Shown: piece by piece, positions 1 to 12,751 of the stretch
How the letters are laid out: each line of letters opens with the position of its first letter
Position numbering within the stretch: position 1 is the stretch's first letter
Source: Somniosus microcephalus
Lineage: Eukaryota
Assembly (NCBI GenBank): GCA_052327205.1
Contig: CM126234.1
Location: forward strand, 22,382,001-22,446,000
Length of the DNA stretch: 64,000 nt
Reading direction: 5' to 3'
The notes under the pieces: generated by a model
Told to the model about the DNA's origin: nothing
The model's database searches: none
Seen by the model: only the letters and a program-made list of their open reading frames with translations
Translations under genes and position numbers: made by a program

Positions 1-88
1 GACGTGCACCTGAACCATTAATCTGTCCTTTCTCTGTTCAGATGCTGACAGACATGCTATATATTTCAAGCATTTTCTGTTTTAATTT
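1..88 (+). mobile_element. Degraded Penelope-type terminal repeat fragment
   Basis: cagatgctgacagacatgct...caagcattttctgtttt resembles the repeat end at 27836-27880. Confidence 0.5.
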
Positions 89-789
89 ACGACTGCTTTC
101 AACCAGCTACACTTTTATTTATCTTCTATTATTCTCATGAATTAAAGTTTCAAAAGGAGAACTGTGGGAACTGAACGGTGCCATATAACACCGTCTTTGT
201 AGTAAGGACATGAGAACATCTGATCCGATCATTTAAGAGAAATTTTTGCCTCCAAGTCAAAAATCAAAATTCCGACAGTCTGGGATCTATTTTCTGTTGC
301 TGCAGTGCATCCTGTAGATCATATATAGTGCAACTATAATGCATTGGTGATCGGGTGGATATTGAGTCCAGTGGCAGGGACGTTGATCGAGTGAAGTGTA
401 CGAGGTAAAGCGTACAAAGCGATTATGAGGAGTCTTTGCTGAAGAGCTTGAGGACTACCTTGGAGACTGATGCTAGAGGATAGTGGCACTGTTAAGGTGT
501 AATGTTATGCTTTCATAGTGTCTGCTGGGTTTTGATTATGCTGCCATAACTTTGGGAATTACCAAATTTGACTAGAGGTGAAGCAGATTGCTGGATGAAG
601 GCCAGGACTGGGGAGTAGATTTTTTTTTTTAATGGGTATTAGTAAATTCAGCAATCCCGTGCTCGAACTGATGCTATAGTGTTGTAGCCCTATCTCTGAC
701 CAATATTCTCTACGAATGCCACCCTCTGATGGGATTGTGGAATTGGTAGAGGAAGTCTAAGTTGTCAATTCTTCGTGAATCGCTTAATT

Positions 790-1350
790 ACAACTTCGAT
801 TTATATTGCATTCTTCATGTAAAAGAACTTAACTCACAGTACTTAATTGGATGATGAAGTGAACACCAAACAGTGAAAGAGAAATGTTGGCAGTGGCAGG
901 GAGCATAGCTCATGAGATGAGTTTTTCGGAGGCTTTTGAAGTAGCAAGGCCGAGAGAGATTTCTTGGTGGACAAGAGTGCCGTGACTGAAAATCTGACCT
1001 CCAATGTTGGAGCAGAGAGCAAGGAGTAATCCAGAATCAGAGGAGCAGAGGGTATGGCCAGGGATACAAAGCTGAAGAAGATTCCTCACATAGGTTAGGA
1101 TAAGACCATGGAGGGATTTAAAGACAAAGACAAGTATATTAGTTTATTTCCTGGGGTAGAAGGAGCCACTGAATTGATGAATGTTGGGGGGAATTTGGAG
1201 GAGAGTATACGGAACTGAGGGTTCCTGGATTAATGGAGAGTGGAGGCAGGAAAGGTTTTGGAGAAATCAGTGCTCAAGATGATGAAGGCATGGATTTGGG
1301 TTTAGGCAGTGGTGGTGGAAGAGATTGAAGCTTAAGTAGGGAGTGTTAAA
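790..1350 (-). mobile_element. Old L2-like LINE 3' fragment
   Basis: Reverse-strand similarity to the L2-like 3' ends at 11950-12275 and 14685-15030 (ccaatgttggagc, ccatggagggatttaaagaca). Confidence 0.5.
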
Positions 1351-1824
1351 AGTTATACAATGAATTAACTGTCAAGTTGAAATGTTATATACATCACTAA
1401 TGCTTAAGTTCAGCATGGAAAGTCTATTGATGGGATAATTGCATATGCTGCATTTATTCAAAATATACCTTTTTTTCCCCTTTTCTCTTACTTTTTTGAA
1501 GTTCGTACTGGCCAAGCGTAATCCCACTACTATTCTGACTAGCTCTATTACATGCAGCCAAGTAAAATACAATGTACAGATTATTTAACATGTTTGTAAA
1601 AATGGAGAACTGGACGTAAACTTGAAGTGTAACACTTAGCTAGGCTAGTTGCAGTGGAGGCTGCCATCCTTGGCAGGTGCCAATTACTGTACTGAACTGA
1701 TACCCGAATCCCCTCTCCCTTCCTCGCCTGCTTATCTATGGATGAAGCATGCGAGCTGCACACTGCCATTTTTCATAAAAGAATAAAATTGAAACTATAC
1801 TAATTTGCATATAACCATTTACAG

Positions 1825-1957
1825 CCTGCCACTGAACTAGAAAATAAAAAGAAACATTCTGGATCCCTCCTGGTGTCCATGGACCAGTTGAATGCATCTT
1901 TCGGGAGAAAGGACAGAGCAAACAGTGTTTTAAGTGTTTTGACAAACACTCTAGAAG
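1825..1957 (+). CDS. scn8a: Nav1.6-like exon, DI-DII linker ([44 protein letters not shown])
   Basis: tttacag| acceptor and |gtacgt donor; 133 bp, phase 0 to 1. The translation resembles the SCN8A linker [17 protein letters not shown]. Not in the ORF track. Confidence 0.93.
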
Positions 1958-2089
1958 GTACGTACAATGCATGTTCTCCTTTTCAATTCTATACAGGTGA
2001 GCTTCAGGGGCATTTGAAATGAGTGTGCTGTTTAGTTGTAATGAGGTCTTTAATACAATATTTCAAGCTTTAAATAAATCTGTTTTACC

Positions 2090-2350
2090 AGCCTCCTCCA
2101 ATGGCCTCGTGTAAATACACTGAACCCTGGATGGTCCCAGGTTCAATCTCTTGTCTCCGCTGGGTTGGCAGATCTCAGCTGGGATCATAGGGATGCTGCA
2201 ATTAGGCTAAGTATCTCTGCTCTATGGAGGGGAAAACATTCCCCAGTGTTCCCACTCCTGATTGCTGTCCAATAACTCCTGCTGGAAAGTATATCTGTGG
2301 ACATTGGGTGAGGACAGCATTGGGATCAGATGTTATTCCCCACCACCCCA
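2090..2350 (+). mobile_element. Interspersed tRNA-type SINE (family not assigned). Further copies near 5170-5445, 6955-7150, 23340-23640(-), 24690-25030, 37450-37810, 44900-45040, 53690-53910(-) and 57290-57700(-).
   Basis: Shared ggttcaatc...ctg(a/g)gtt..ctgatctcagc...aaaatcagccaggg...cctgctggaaagt...gtgaggacag motifs in all copies. Confidence 0.75.
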
Positions 2351-2859
2351 AGCCAAGCAAACTAAATTAATGTTGGCATTCAGCGAAGTGGTTGCATGCA
2401 ACCACTTCAGCCCAGTAGGTGAAATGTGTTAATTGGCTTTTACTGTTCGAGGCAAAAACAACAGAAATCCATCCATTGGAGTCATTTTGGCTTCAGAAAC
2501 AGAATTGTACAGATGGGCCATGTTAAAAACAATGGTGCTGAAATTCTGCAGGGGTTCTGCTGGTTTCCCACCGTAACTCTGGTGGAATCCCTAGGACCCC
2601 GGCAAAAGCCCCAGTGAAATGGTGGAGACCTGGTTGCACTGGATCTCCACCATTTCTGGGAGTTTCCTCCCGTCAAATGCCGGTAGTGGCTGAGGCCAGA
2701 GGCAGAGACTTCTTCAGCTGGGATTGTGACACGAGGAATTTTGGGGCCAATGTCTTTTTATGTGATGTGCTTAGAAACCCATCATCATATTGACAAGTCT
2801 CCAATTAAAGCTCCTGAGAAATCCACACCTAGAGTTTCTGTTTGCCCAACACGGAGTGA

Positions 2860-2945
2860 AACATAGAAACATAGAAGGTAGGAGCAGGAGTAGGCCATTC
2901 GGCCCCTCGAGCCTGCTCCGCCATTCAATGCGATCATGGCTCTCC
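2860..2945 (-). mobile_element. CR1 LINE 3' tail
   Basis: (acatagaa)n microsatellite tail followed by gccattcggcccctcgagcctgctccgccattcaat. Confidence 0.8.
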
Positions 2946-3504
2946 ATTGGAACACTTGCCTAAGTCTAGAGAGCTTAGCTGCGGGTTGCCCAATTATTAT
3001 ATTGACCTATTTGTTTCTGGATGAATACAGTAATATCAAACTGCTAAGCAACACAAAACTACTATTCATCAGCTAGCATGTTGCTTAAGTCTTTTTGTTA
3101 TAGTTACTCTTCTAGACTTTGCACCAAATACTATATTAGAAGATAAAAGTTTCCTTTATAGTCTCAAATTGCAGTCAACAGCAAATTTGGCATTCTCCCA
3201 CCACCAGCTGCACGTAAAAATAGAAATGGTTTGACTCACCTTGTTCTGGTGGCAGGAGAGATGCACTTTCTCGTGAACTGCTGCTAGATTTGTTCAGCTC
3301 TGTTTCGGGCCAGCTAAAAGTGCAGGCCACTTTAGGACATATGACATCTGTGCACCAAAGATGGCAGATGAAAATGCTTGAGCTGAAACAGACCGGTAAT
3401 GAAGTTGTTGTTCTTCATGCATGTGCAGAAGATAGGTCTCTGTGTTCCCAACTGACGTCTTATGGAGAGTGGCACCGAGTGGCATAGTAAGTAGTAGTGG
3501 TAGG

Positions 3505-4108
3505 AGCAAGGATGTCTTACTACTGTTGTACAGGGCCTTGGTGAGACCACACCTGGAGTACTGTGTGCAGTTTTGGTCTCCTTACCTAAGAAAAGATATA
3601 TTTGCCATAGAGGGAGTGCAGCGAAGGTTCACCAGACTGATTCCTGGGATGGCAGGACTGTCGTATGAGGAGAGATTGGGTCGACGAGGCCTGTATTCAC
3701 TAGAGTTTAGAAGAATGAGAGGGGATCTCATTGAAACATATAAAATTCTGACAGGGCTAGACAGACTGGATGCAGGGAGGATGTTTCCCCTGGTGGGGGG
3801 TCTAGAACGAGGGCTCACAGTCTCAGGATACGGGGTAGGACATTTAGGACTGAGATGAGGAGAAATGTCTTCACTCAGAGGGTGGTGAACCTGTGGAATT
3901 CTCTACCACAGAGGGCTGTGGAGGCCAAGTCACTGAATATATTTAAGAAGGAGATAGATAGATTTCTAGACGCAAAAGCCATCAAAGGGTATGGGGAGAG
4001 AGCGGGAATATGGTATTGAGATAGAGGATCAGCCATGATCATATTGAATGGCGGAGCAGGCTCGAAGGGCCGAATGCTCCTATTTTTCTATGTTTTTATG
4101 TTTCTATG
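3505..4108 (+). mobile_element. 5'-truncated CR1 LINE (RT C-terminus and 3' UTR)
   Basis: [22 protein letters not shown]...RRMRGDLIETYKIL; tail ttctatgtttttatgtttctatg. Confidence 0.93.
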
Positions 4109-4506
4109 ATATAATGCCACGCTCTGAAATCAAGAGTTGAAAGGAAGGCCAAGGACTTTATTTTCTTCTGTTGCCTAATTTTGCTAAAAAGTAGATGCAT
4201 AAAATAGAGAACACCATGAGCCCCAATATGTTTAGGTGTTTTAATTGATAAGGAAATGTCGCACTCGGGCAGTGTAGTTCCTCCATAGATTGTGCTATGT
4301 AGTATCATAATGCAGGTTAGTGTCCTTGGTTCCCCACATAGCAAGCTCCTAATCTTGGCTGTGCCATTGGGGGCAGAGCTGCTTTTCGACAGGATAGTAG
4401 AGAAAATGAGATTCCATACACTGTAGCAGCTGGCTTAAGAGCAGCACTGGCAAAGGCTTCTGAATAGATCCCATCCCAGTCTTTTTGGCTAAATAATGGT
4501 GAGCAG

Positions 4507-4713
4507 TGACATGAATCTTATGAAGTAATACAGGGCAGCCTGCTGGTGGCGCTGTCCAGGGAGAGTATAAATACTCAGGCATGGGCCCAGCTTGCTCAGG
4601 ACATTCTTTAACAGGAACTAGTGAAGGACACAACTAGACCTCCATGTTGAAAAACAGTTGATTAAAGCCTTGTTTAATACTCAGACTAAGTGCCTCGTAG
4701 TTTTCTTACGTCA
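4507..4713 (+). mobile_element. Solo LTR
   Basis: TGAC...GTCA ends; 5-bp TSD AGCAG (4502-4506 and 4714-4718); TATAAATA and ATTAAA inside; homologous to 53226-53454. Confidence 0.88.
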
Positions 4714-5448
4714 AGCAGTGCAGGAATTTGTTAGTTAGTGGAGAAAATAAAATGGCTTTAGAATAAGAGGGCAGGAATGCAGTACGGTGCAAATTCTTGT
4801 CGATTTCCCTCGATTGGTTCCGGTGCATTCAGCAGATCTTGACTGACTCCGGGCCTCTTTGGGATCCTGAATTAAATCTGCAATTTCCATTGAATTAAGC
4901 ATGGTCATTTATAAAAAAAAAACCAAAAAAAAAACCCTTTCACCAGGATAAAGCTGTCCTTCAGGGATAGTATTTATTTTTAGTTTTGCTTTATTATTTT
5001 CAACACTTTTTTTATAATCAGTATTAGTTGTGCAGCATTCTTGAACAAATTACAGCTATGTAGTTTAGTCTACCATTTGCCCCCATGAACTCCAGTTTTA
5101 TTCTACGAGTGTGCAGACAAATGCACTGCTCCAGGAATGCATTGTAGAGTTTATCAAACACAGGTACAAATCTCGCTCATTGGTGGCCGCAATCAGTGTG
5201 CTGTCCAGAGTGGAACTAAGCCACATGGACGAGGAATGTCCCAGACTGTACTGAGTTACCTGATCTCAGCCTAGGCTGGGGTTGGGATATTACAATTGGC
5301 CTCAGTGCCCCTGGCCTAAAGAGGGGAAAAATCAGCCAGGGTTCCCATCCTGCTCACACTTCAGTAACCCCTGCTGGAAAGTGTGCATGTATTGACACAA
5401 CGCAAGGACAGAATCAATCGTTGCTATGATGCCACACCTCCATGGTCA

Positions 5449-6598
5449 AATTTATCTAGATTTTCAAAAGACCTTCGATAAGGCACCCCATAACAGACTG
5501 ATGAACAAGGTCAGAGAATGCGGAGTCAGGGGACAAGTAGCTGAATGGCTTCAGGACAGAAAGCAGAGAGTAGGAGTAAAGGGTAGTTATTCAGAGTGGC
5601 AGAAGGTGGATAGTGGTGTTCCACAAGGATCAGTGCTGGGACCACTGCTGTTCACAATTTACATTAATGATTTAGACTTAGGAATCAAAAACACAATTTC
5701 TAAATTTGCGGACGACACCAAATTGGGGGGGATAGTCAATACTGAGGAGGACTGCAACAAGTTACAGGAGGGCATTAATAAACTTGCAGAATTGGCAAAT
5801 GAAGTTCAACACAGATAAATGTGAGGTATTACATGTTGGTAGGAAGAATAGGGAGGTCACTTATCACTTGGAGGGTGAGTGTCTCAGTGAGGTAGAGGAA
5901 CAAAGGGATCTCGGAGAACAAATATACAAATCACTAAAAGTTGCGACACAGGTTAACAAGGCCATTAAAAAAGCAAACCAAGCACTAGGGTTTATTTCTA
6001 GAGGGATAGAATTGAACAGTAGGGAGGTTATGCTAAACCTGTATCGAACCTTGGTTAGACCACACTTGAAGTACTGTGTACAGTTCTGGTTGCCATATTA
6101 TAAAAAGGATATAGAGGCACTGGAGAGGGTGCAGAGAAGATTTACAAGGATGATACCAGAAATGCGAGGGTATACCTATCAGGAAAGGATGAACAGGCTG
6201 GGTCTCTTTTCTCTTGAATAAAGAAGGCTGAGGGGTGACCTAATAGAGGTCTTTAAAATTATGAAAGGTTTTGATAGAGTGGATACAGAGAGAATGTTTC
6301 CACTTGTGGGGAAGAGCATAACTAGAGGCCATCAATATAAGATAGTCACCAAGAAATCCAATAGGGAATTCAGGAGAAACTTCTTTACCCAGAGAGTGGT
6401 GAGAATGTGGAACTCGCTACCACAAGGAGTGGTTGAAGCCAATAGTATGGATACATTTAAGGGGAGGCTAGACAAGCATATGAAGGCGAAGGGAATAGAG
6501 GGTTACGCTGCTAGATTTAGATGAGGAAAGACGGGAGGAGGCTCGAGTGGAGCATAAACCCCGGCATGGCCTGTTTCTGTGCCGTATATCCTATATGT
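5449..6598 (+). mobile_element. CR1 LINE fragment (RT domain, frameshifted)
   Basis: YLDFQKTFDK, SGVPQGSVLGPLLF and FADDTKL motifs across ORFs 5426-6524. Confidence 0.95.
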
Positions 6599-7215
6599 AA
6601 ATATCCTGCTGACCCTCACATCCAGACTCGCACATAAAGAATGAGTTAGATATCATTGAGTGGCAGGGAAACTGTATCTCAGCATGAATCAATACCTGCA
6701 AGAGAGAATTGGGGTGAAAATTGGAGCAGAAGAAATAAAATATGGTTATACAAATACATCTTTCCTCCAGCACACCCTATCTCGAGCCGTAACCAGCAGA
6801 CTGTTCCTTGAAAATGATGGTTAGCACTGAATGATTGTTCATACAGTGGTTACCTAGATAGTGATATCTTATTCAACAACATATGTTCACGTTAAATCAG
6901 TATAACTCCCCCTAAGTACTCAGACATTTACATAGTGAGTACTTAAGCTATTACAGTCCAGGCTCAATTCCTTGGTCTGCGCTGGGTTAGCTGACCTAGC
7001 CAGTGTGGCAGCTACAGTGGCCTGGGGTTAAAGAATAGAAACCGAGCCTACATCTGATGGCGGCTCCAGCAATTCCTGCTGGAAATGCACATGTGTGGAC
7101 ATCAGGTGAGGACCGGACATTGAGCTCACCTGTGATGCCCTCCATGGTAAAATAACAACTTTGTGTCATTAACAATGGTGACTATTTTATTGAAAATTCT
7201 GATTTGTGATTTCAG

Positions 7216-7454
7216 AACTTGAAGAGTCTCAAAGGAAGTGCCCGCCCTGCTGGTATAAGTTTGCTAATACGTTTCTGATCTGGGAATGCAACCCTCACTG
7301 GTTGAAGCTTAAAGAGTATTTGCACCTGTTTGTGTTTGATCCATTTGTGGACCTAACCATTACCATTTGTATTGCACTCAACACCCTCTTCATGGCAATG
7401 GAGCACTACCCAATGACAAAGAACTTTGAAGATGTTTTGGCTGTGGGAAACCTG
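7216..7454 (+). CDS. scn8a: Nav exon, end of DI-DII linker and DII S1 ([18 protein letters not shown]...AVGNL)
   Basis: ttcag|...|gtaagg; 239 bp; lies within ORF 7206..7487. Confidence 0.97.
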
Positions 7455-7525
7455 GTAAGGCTCATGGTTTATTTTTTCTGTTTTTAATAACAGTAATGCA
7501 GTATTGTCTCTAATTATATACACAG

Positions 7526-7985
7526 TTACATAGAATGGGCAGCACAGAAACAGGCCATTCGGCCCAACTGGTCTATGCTGGTGTTTATGCTCCACACGAG
7601 CCTCCTCCCACCCCTCTTCAACTCACCCCATCAGCATCACCTTCTCTTCCTTTCTCCTCCATGTACTTATCTAGCTTCCCCTTAAATGCATCTATGCTGT
7701 TCACCTCAACCACTCCCTGTGGTAGCGAGTTCCACATTCTCACCACTCTGGATAATGAAGTTTCTCCTGAATTCCTTATTGGATTTATTAGTGACCATCT
7801 TATATTGATGGCCCCTAGTTTTGGAATCCCCCACAAGTGGAAACATCTTCCCTACGTCTACCCTATTGAACCCTTTCATAATTTTAAATACCTCTATCGG
7901 GTCACCCCTCGGCCTTCTCTTTTTCTAGAGAAGAAGAGTCCCACTCTGTTCAACCTTTTCTGATAGTTGTAACCTATGAGCTTTA
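7526..7985 (-). mobile_element. CR1 LINE 3' fragment
   Basis: RVVRMWNSLPQGVVE on the - strand plus the CR1 3' UTR. Confidence 0.9.
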
Positions 7986-9527
7986 GTTTCTCTGCAAAAC
8001 TGTGAAAGAAGAAACTCGTTTTCATAGGCTTTAGCAGGATAGAGCAGGGCAAAATCATTTTTTTTCTGTCAACTTTCTAGTGAGTTTTAATTCAAGGTTA
8101 AAATAAAATATGCAGCCTCTCTTGCTTTGTCTCTCTTGGGTCTATACCTCATGTTTCAGTCTCCAGCCTGTGTCCATTGTTTTACTCGCTGTCGCTCTCT
8201 GATTTGTACATTGTATTCTGATTTCTCTGTCACTTCTCGTACCTTGTGCTTGAGCCTCTCTATCTCTGGGGGCTTTGTCTGTGGGGGGGGGCGGGCGGCA
8301 AACACATGGGAACTCAGGATGGGGTATGGGAGCAGCGAGAGGCTGCAGGAGAGAGTGGCAGTGTTGAGCCGGGGGTGGGGGGTAGGGGGTTGTAGCTGGA
8401 GCGAAAGGGAGTGGGGGGGGGGACGCGACGGAAGACTTGGGGCAGAGGGTAGCAATGTCGTGAGTGGATCCAAGAGAGCAGCATGTTGGGGGTGGAGGAG
8501 GAAAGACGTGGGAGCAGAGAGGGGTCTTAGGAAGGCAAATGCTCAGGCTGGGTGGGGTGAGCAGAGCTGAAAGAGTGAAACCTATGTTCAGTTTACTCTC
8601 CATCCCTTTTAGGAGATTTTTTTTTAAAGAAAGGACTTCCCACGATTTTAATAAGAATTGTGTGAAGGCCCTTGAGGGAATCCCTACCCCCACCATGCAA
8701 AAGATGGAAGGGGTACTGGATGTGGGAGCACTGGGAGGGTGGTCTTGGAGTGTGCTGGCAGTGAAATGATGGTAGCATTGGTGATGGGGGTTGCTGGATT
8801 TCATTGTACTGGGAGGGGGTGTTTGCAGGATGCTGCTGACAAAAGCAAAGTGATGGAGGGAGGTTTCTTGGAGTGAATCAGCTGTTCAGGGGAAAGATGT
8901 GTGCGCTCCGTGTGGAAGTGGCAAAAGGTGGCATGAGGCAGCAGGCATGGGGGAAAGGTAAGGGTGCTCAGGCTGGGGTCCAGTTGCAGCGGTGGTATCA
9001 AGGGTGAAGGAGGGATTTCTTCCGTATTTCCATGGGAAAAGCTGTATTATTTATAATGAACACTGCTGAATATTCATACCACAGGTTTCTCCAGGCCAAT
9101 CCTCGGGAAAGCCTGTAAACAAGTTTCCCCCCCACCCCCGCCCACCACCACCACCGTCACTGCTGGAACCAAACCCCGAGGCTGCCATCCATGATCTCAA
9201 GAGATTTGATCCCAACCATTGCCAAGAACAGGCTTAAAGCATCTTCAGCATGTTTTTCAGAACCTGGCTTTTGGGACTGCGGATAGGGTCATGGTCTAGT
9301 CACAGCAGGAGTGGGAATGGCAGGTCGCATCAGGTTGTGGATCCAGTGAGCAATGGGAAGAGGTGGCAGCAGGAAGCATTGGGCCCTAGGCTGAAGTTTA
9401 GCTGCTTTAAGACAGGTGGTGCCGTGAACAACAGTGCACCTATTTTCGAGACCAAACATCGAGGACTTAATTACAGGCAAATAAAATGAGCAGGTAAGTT
9501 TAGTTATGACTGCGATGGAAGTAGGCA

Positions 9528-9626
9528 ATTCAACAGTGACTGCACTTCAAAAGTACTTAATTGGCTGTGAAGCACTTTGGGACGTCCTGAGGTCATGAAA
9601 GGCGCTATAGAAATGCAAGTCTTTTT
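9528..9626 (+). mobile_element. 3' tail of a Deu-type SINE or L2 (similar tail at 15600-15705)
   Basis: acagtgactgcacttcaaaagtacttaattggctgtgaagcactttgggacgtcctgagg...gcgctatagaaatgcaagtc matches the tail of the SINE at 63400-63820. Confidence 0.7.
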
Positions 9627-10775
9627 TATGACAGTAAAATATTACAGAAACTAGGTGTGACACTTTGTGGAAGTGCACGCGCATGGAGAAAATTTGGTGA
9701 GGGGTTGTAAATTGTTGCAACGCACTGCTGTGATCAGGAGAAAGGTAACATTAAGGTGTGGATGTGTGACTAAATATTGAGGTTATTGCTAACAATGGAA
9801 AGCAGCATTACCTTGTGTATAAAATGATTGGAGCGTTCTGTCACATGTGAAAGGCATCCTGCTTGGAGACAGATGTATTTTTCCTGTTCTCTGGCCCTCC
9901 CATTGTTTGTCAATGGCGACTCATGCAGGGATGTGTTATAAATACAATATGTTATATAATGCTGTCATGACATGGCTTTTGCTGGTGCAGTACTGCCAGC
10001 ATTTGAGCAGCGATACAAACAGCGAGGTGCAGTTCCACAGCCCACTCATTTAGCACAAGCATACACATTTACGCTCAATTGGACACCTAGAGTACCGTGT
10101 ACTGTTGTGGCTATATTTGAGTTTGACACTTTTGGTATTCTGGTATTTAAGTTTATACTGTGACATTTTTTCATGACTTTCCGTGAATCAAAGTAGGTAT
10201 GAGTCATTGGTAACTTAAAGAAACTTGCTCATACAAAAGGAACACTCAAAGATAACTTCACACAAGCCAAATATTAGTGCCCTACTGTGAGTTTCTGCAA
10301 AATGCACATGCAAGAAGATCAAACCTGTGACAGAATCATAGGCTGGCACTCCTAATTCCCCACAGGGTCAGTTCCGTATCTGAGTTGTGGTCAGTCTATA
10401 AGACCAAATGGTTCGTGCAACAGCTGATCCTACAGTCAAAAACAGGCTCTGTTCCACTCCGCTCACCGACACTTGAATTCAGACTCTAATTTTATACAGT
10501 GCTGGTGAGCTTGGGTCTTGCAGACAATAAGACCAGCTGTTACAGCAACTAGCTGGAAACGTCCTTTTATGTTGAGCACCCAGAAAGACAGACACCCAAC
10601 AGGTTAAAATAAACTGCTGATTCAAATCCAAGTGCTGGTGAGGGTAGAAACTGACTGGGACTGATCCACAGCTTGGAAAATAAAGTATGCCCTGTAATTG
10701 TTGGCAATTGTTGCCTTGTCAAATCACTTGCCATATGAATCATAAATGCTATTTTTTTTACACTGTCTTTTTCAG

Positions 10776-10949
10776 GTCTTCACTGCGATCTTCACAGCTG
10801 AAATGTTGATGAAGCTGATAGCGATGGACCCTTACTACTATTTTCAGGAAGGATGGAACATTTTTGATGGCTTTATAGTGTCCCTCAGTTTAATGGAACT
10901 AGGTCTGGCAAATGTTGAAGGACTGTCTGTGCTCAGGTCTTTCAGATTG
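10776..10949 (+). CDS. scn8a: Nav exon, DII S2-S4 ([10 protein letters not shown]...LSVLRSFRL)
   Basis: ttcag|...|gtaaat; 174 bp, phase 0. Confidence 0.97.
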
Positions 10950-11119
10950 GTAAATATCAAGTCTTGGGTTATATACCTTCACCCTATTTACAGTCACCTG
11001 CAATCTCCACAGGGGTTCCCTACTGGGAGAACCCTGCAAAGTCCTCCCCAATGTTCAGAGTATCTGTTGACACCACTGTCAGTCAATGAGTTAGAGGTGG
11101 GGTGCGACTTATGGCAGGA

Positions 11120-11360
11120 CTCACAGCAAACAGAGTCTGTTTAAACGGCGCACAACAGCAAACCGTCTACAGAGTCTATTTAAACAGAGTCTCTACAAAC
11201 TACAGCAAACAGAACTCATGACCGAAACTACAGCAAAGTTTCCCGATAAGAGCAATGATTTCTCCAGCAAAATGCAGTGAGTGGAATATAGTTACATAAT
11301 ACAAATTGATTATTTCTCCAGCAAGATGCAGTGACTGGATGATAGTTACATACAAATTAT
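11120..11360. repeat. Short imperfect tandem repeats
   Basis: Repeated cagcaaac(a/c)g/cagagtct units, plus a ~50-bp duplication atttctccagcaa.atgcagtga...tagttacata at 11258 and 11312. Confidence 0.6.
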
Positions 11361-11949
11361 GTGCGTAAAATCAATCGCAGGTTTAGGGAGGCAAGTCAGA
11401 GGCATAGCACAATTAGACCATCACTGAAAGTATAGCTTTAAACTTCTGACATGACAAATAAATTGGCACAGCACACGTGCGTGAATAATTACTAACTGGT
11501 GAAATATCCAAATCTGCATGTTGCTTTATTAAAAGGATAGGCGTAGCTGAATCTGATTTGAATGGCTCCAAATTAAGAATTTTCCAAGCATCCAAATTGT
11601 TAGCAATTTCAATTTGTAAAATGTTTTGGCTCTGATTGCTGTTAACAATGCTACATAGAAATGAGAAATTATGAAAACTGCATATTATAATATAATCCAG
11701 AAATTGCAATATGCTAATATATAGTCAACATTTCAACAATAAACAATTTTTGTAAGAAAGACATTTAAGGGTAGATTTTCCACGTTCTTGGCCAATGGTG
11801 AGGTATACTGAGCTCACTGTGAGCGCAGATCGGAAAATTGCTTGCAATGCACCAGCAGCAGGCCTTGAGAATCACCATGTGTGAAGATTGATAAAATCTA
11901 CTCTCTAATGTACATATATGATGAGCAGGGTAGGTTAAGCAATGCCTCG

Positions 11950-12275
11950 ATTTTCAAATTCTCATCCTTGTTTTCAAATCACTCCATGGCCTCGCCCCCT
12001 CTCTATCTCACCTCCTCCAGTCCCACAACCCTCCGAGGTATCTGTGTTCCTCCAATTCTGGCCTCTTGAGCATCCCCGATTTTAATCGCTCCACCATTGG
12101 TGGCTGTGCTTTAAACCTCTCTTCCTCCTTTAAGATGCTCTTTAAGACCTACCTCTCTAACCATCTATCCTAATATCTCCTTATGTGGCTCGGTGTCAAA
12201 TTTTGTTTGATAACGCTCCTGTGATAGTCTTGGGACGTTTTACTATGTTAAAGGCACTATATAAATGTAAGTTGA
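11950..12275 (+). mobile_element. L2-like LINE 3' end (another copy at 14685-15030)
   Basis: ttttcaaattctcatccttgttttcaaatc...ctccaccattggtggc...aaaggcactatataaatg. Confidence 0.75.
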
Positions 12276-12751
12276 TTTAAAAACATTTATTTCTAGAATG
12301 TTACTGGTCTTTACCTTACTCCTCTTACTTTAATTCTTACTCATCTAACTCTGGCATGGAAATAGCTAGTACGTAGTTAGGTAGGCACATGGTTCCTGCA
12401 AAATTAGTTAACCTGACATGCTAAGGGTGGAAGATGCTTGTTTATAATGTCCTGTGCAGTAGATTAGATACAAATGTGACGGAATCCAATATGAATTGGT
12501 TCTGCACAGATATGGGGTGAGTTTATGTTCGATTCCTACTCCCCTCAGTTCTCGAGCTGAGCAGCACCAACAACTTATATTTCTATCGCGCTGCTCAAAG
12601 TGCTTTATATTGAGGATGAAACAGTAGCCATTGATCAGGAAGAAAATATGAGGTCATGGATAGAATTAGGAAGAGGGCATAAGGCACAGTCAGATACAAT
12701 TGTTTTGAGGACGCAAGGATGGTGGTGGGAAGGTGAAGTAGACAGGAGCAT

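Noticed and set aside
8127-9528. Several long overlapping ORFs (up to 220 aa) in a G-rich stretch
   Set aside because: Low-complexity Pro/Gly-rich translations from purine- and G-skewed DNA with no recognisable domain; probably a decayed repeat.
11120-11360. CRISPR-like spaced repeats
   Set aside because: Eukaryotic intron, irregular degenerate units, no constant repeat-spacer period and no cas genes.
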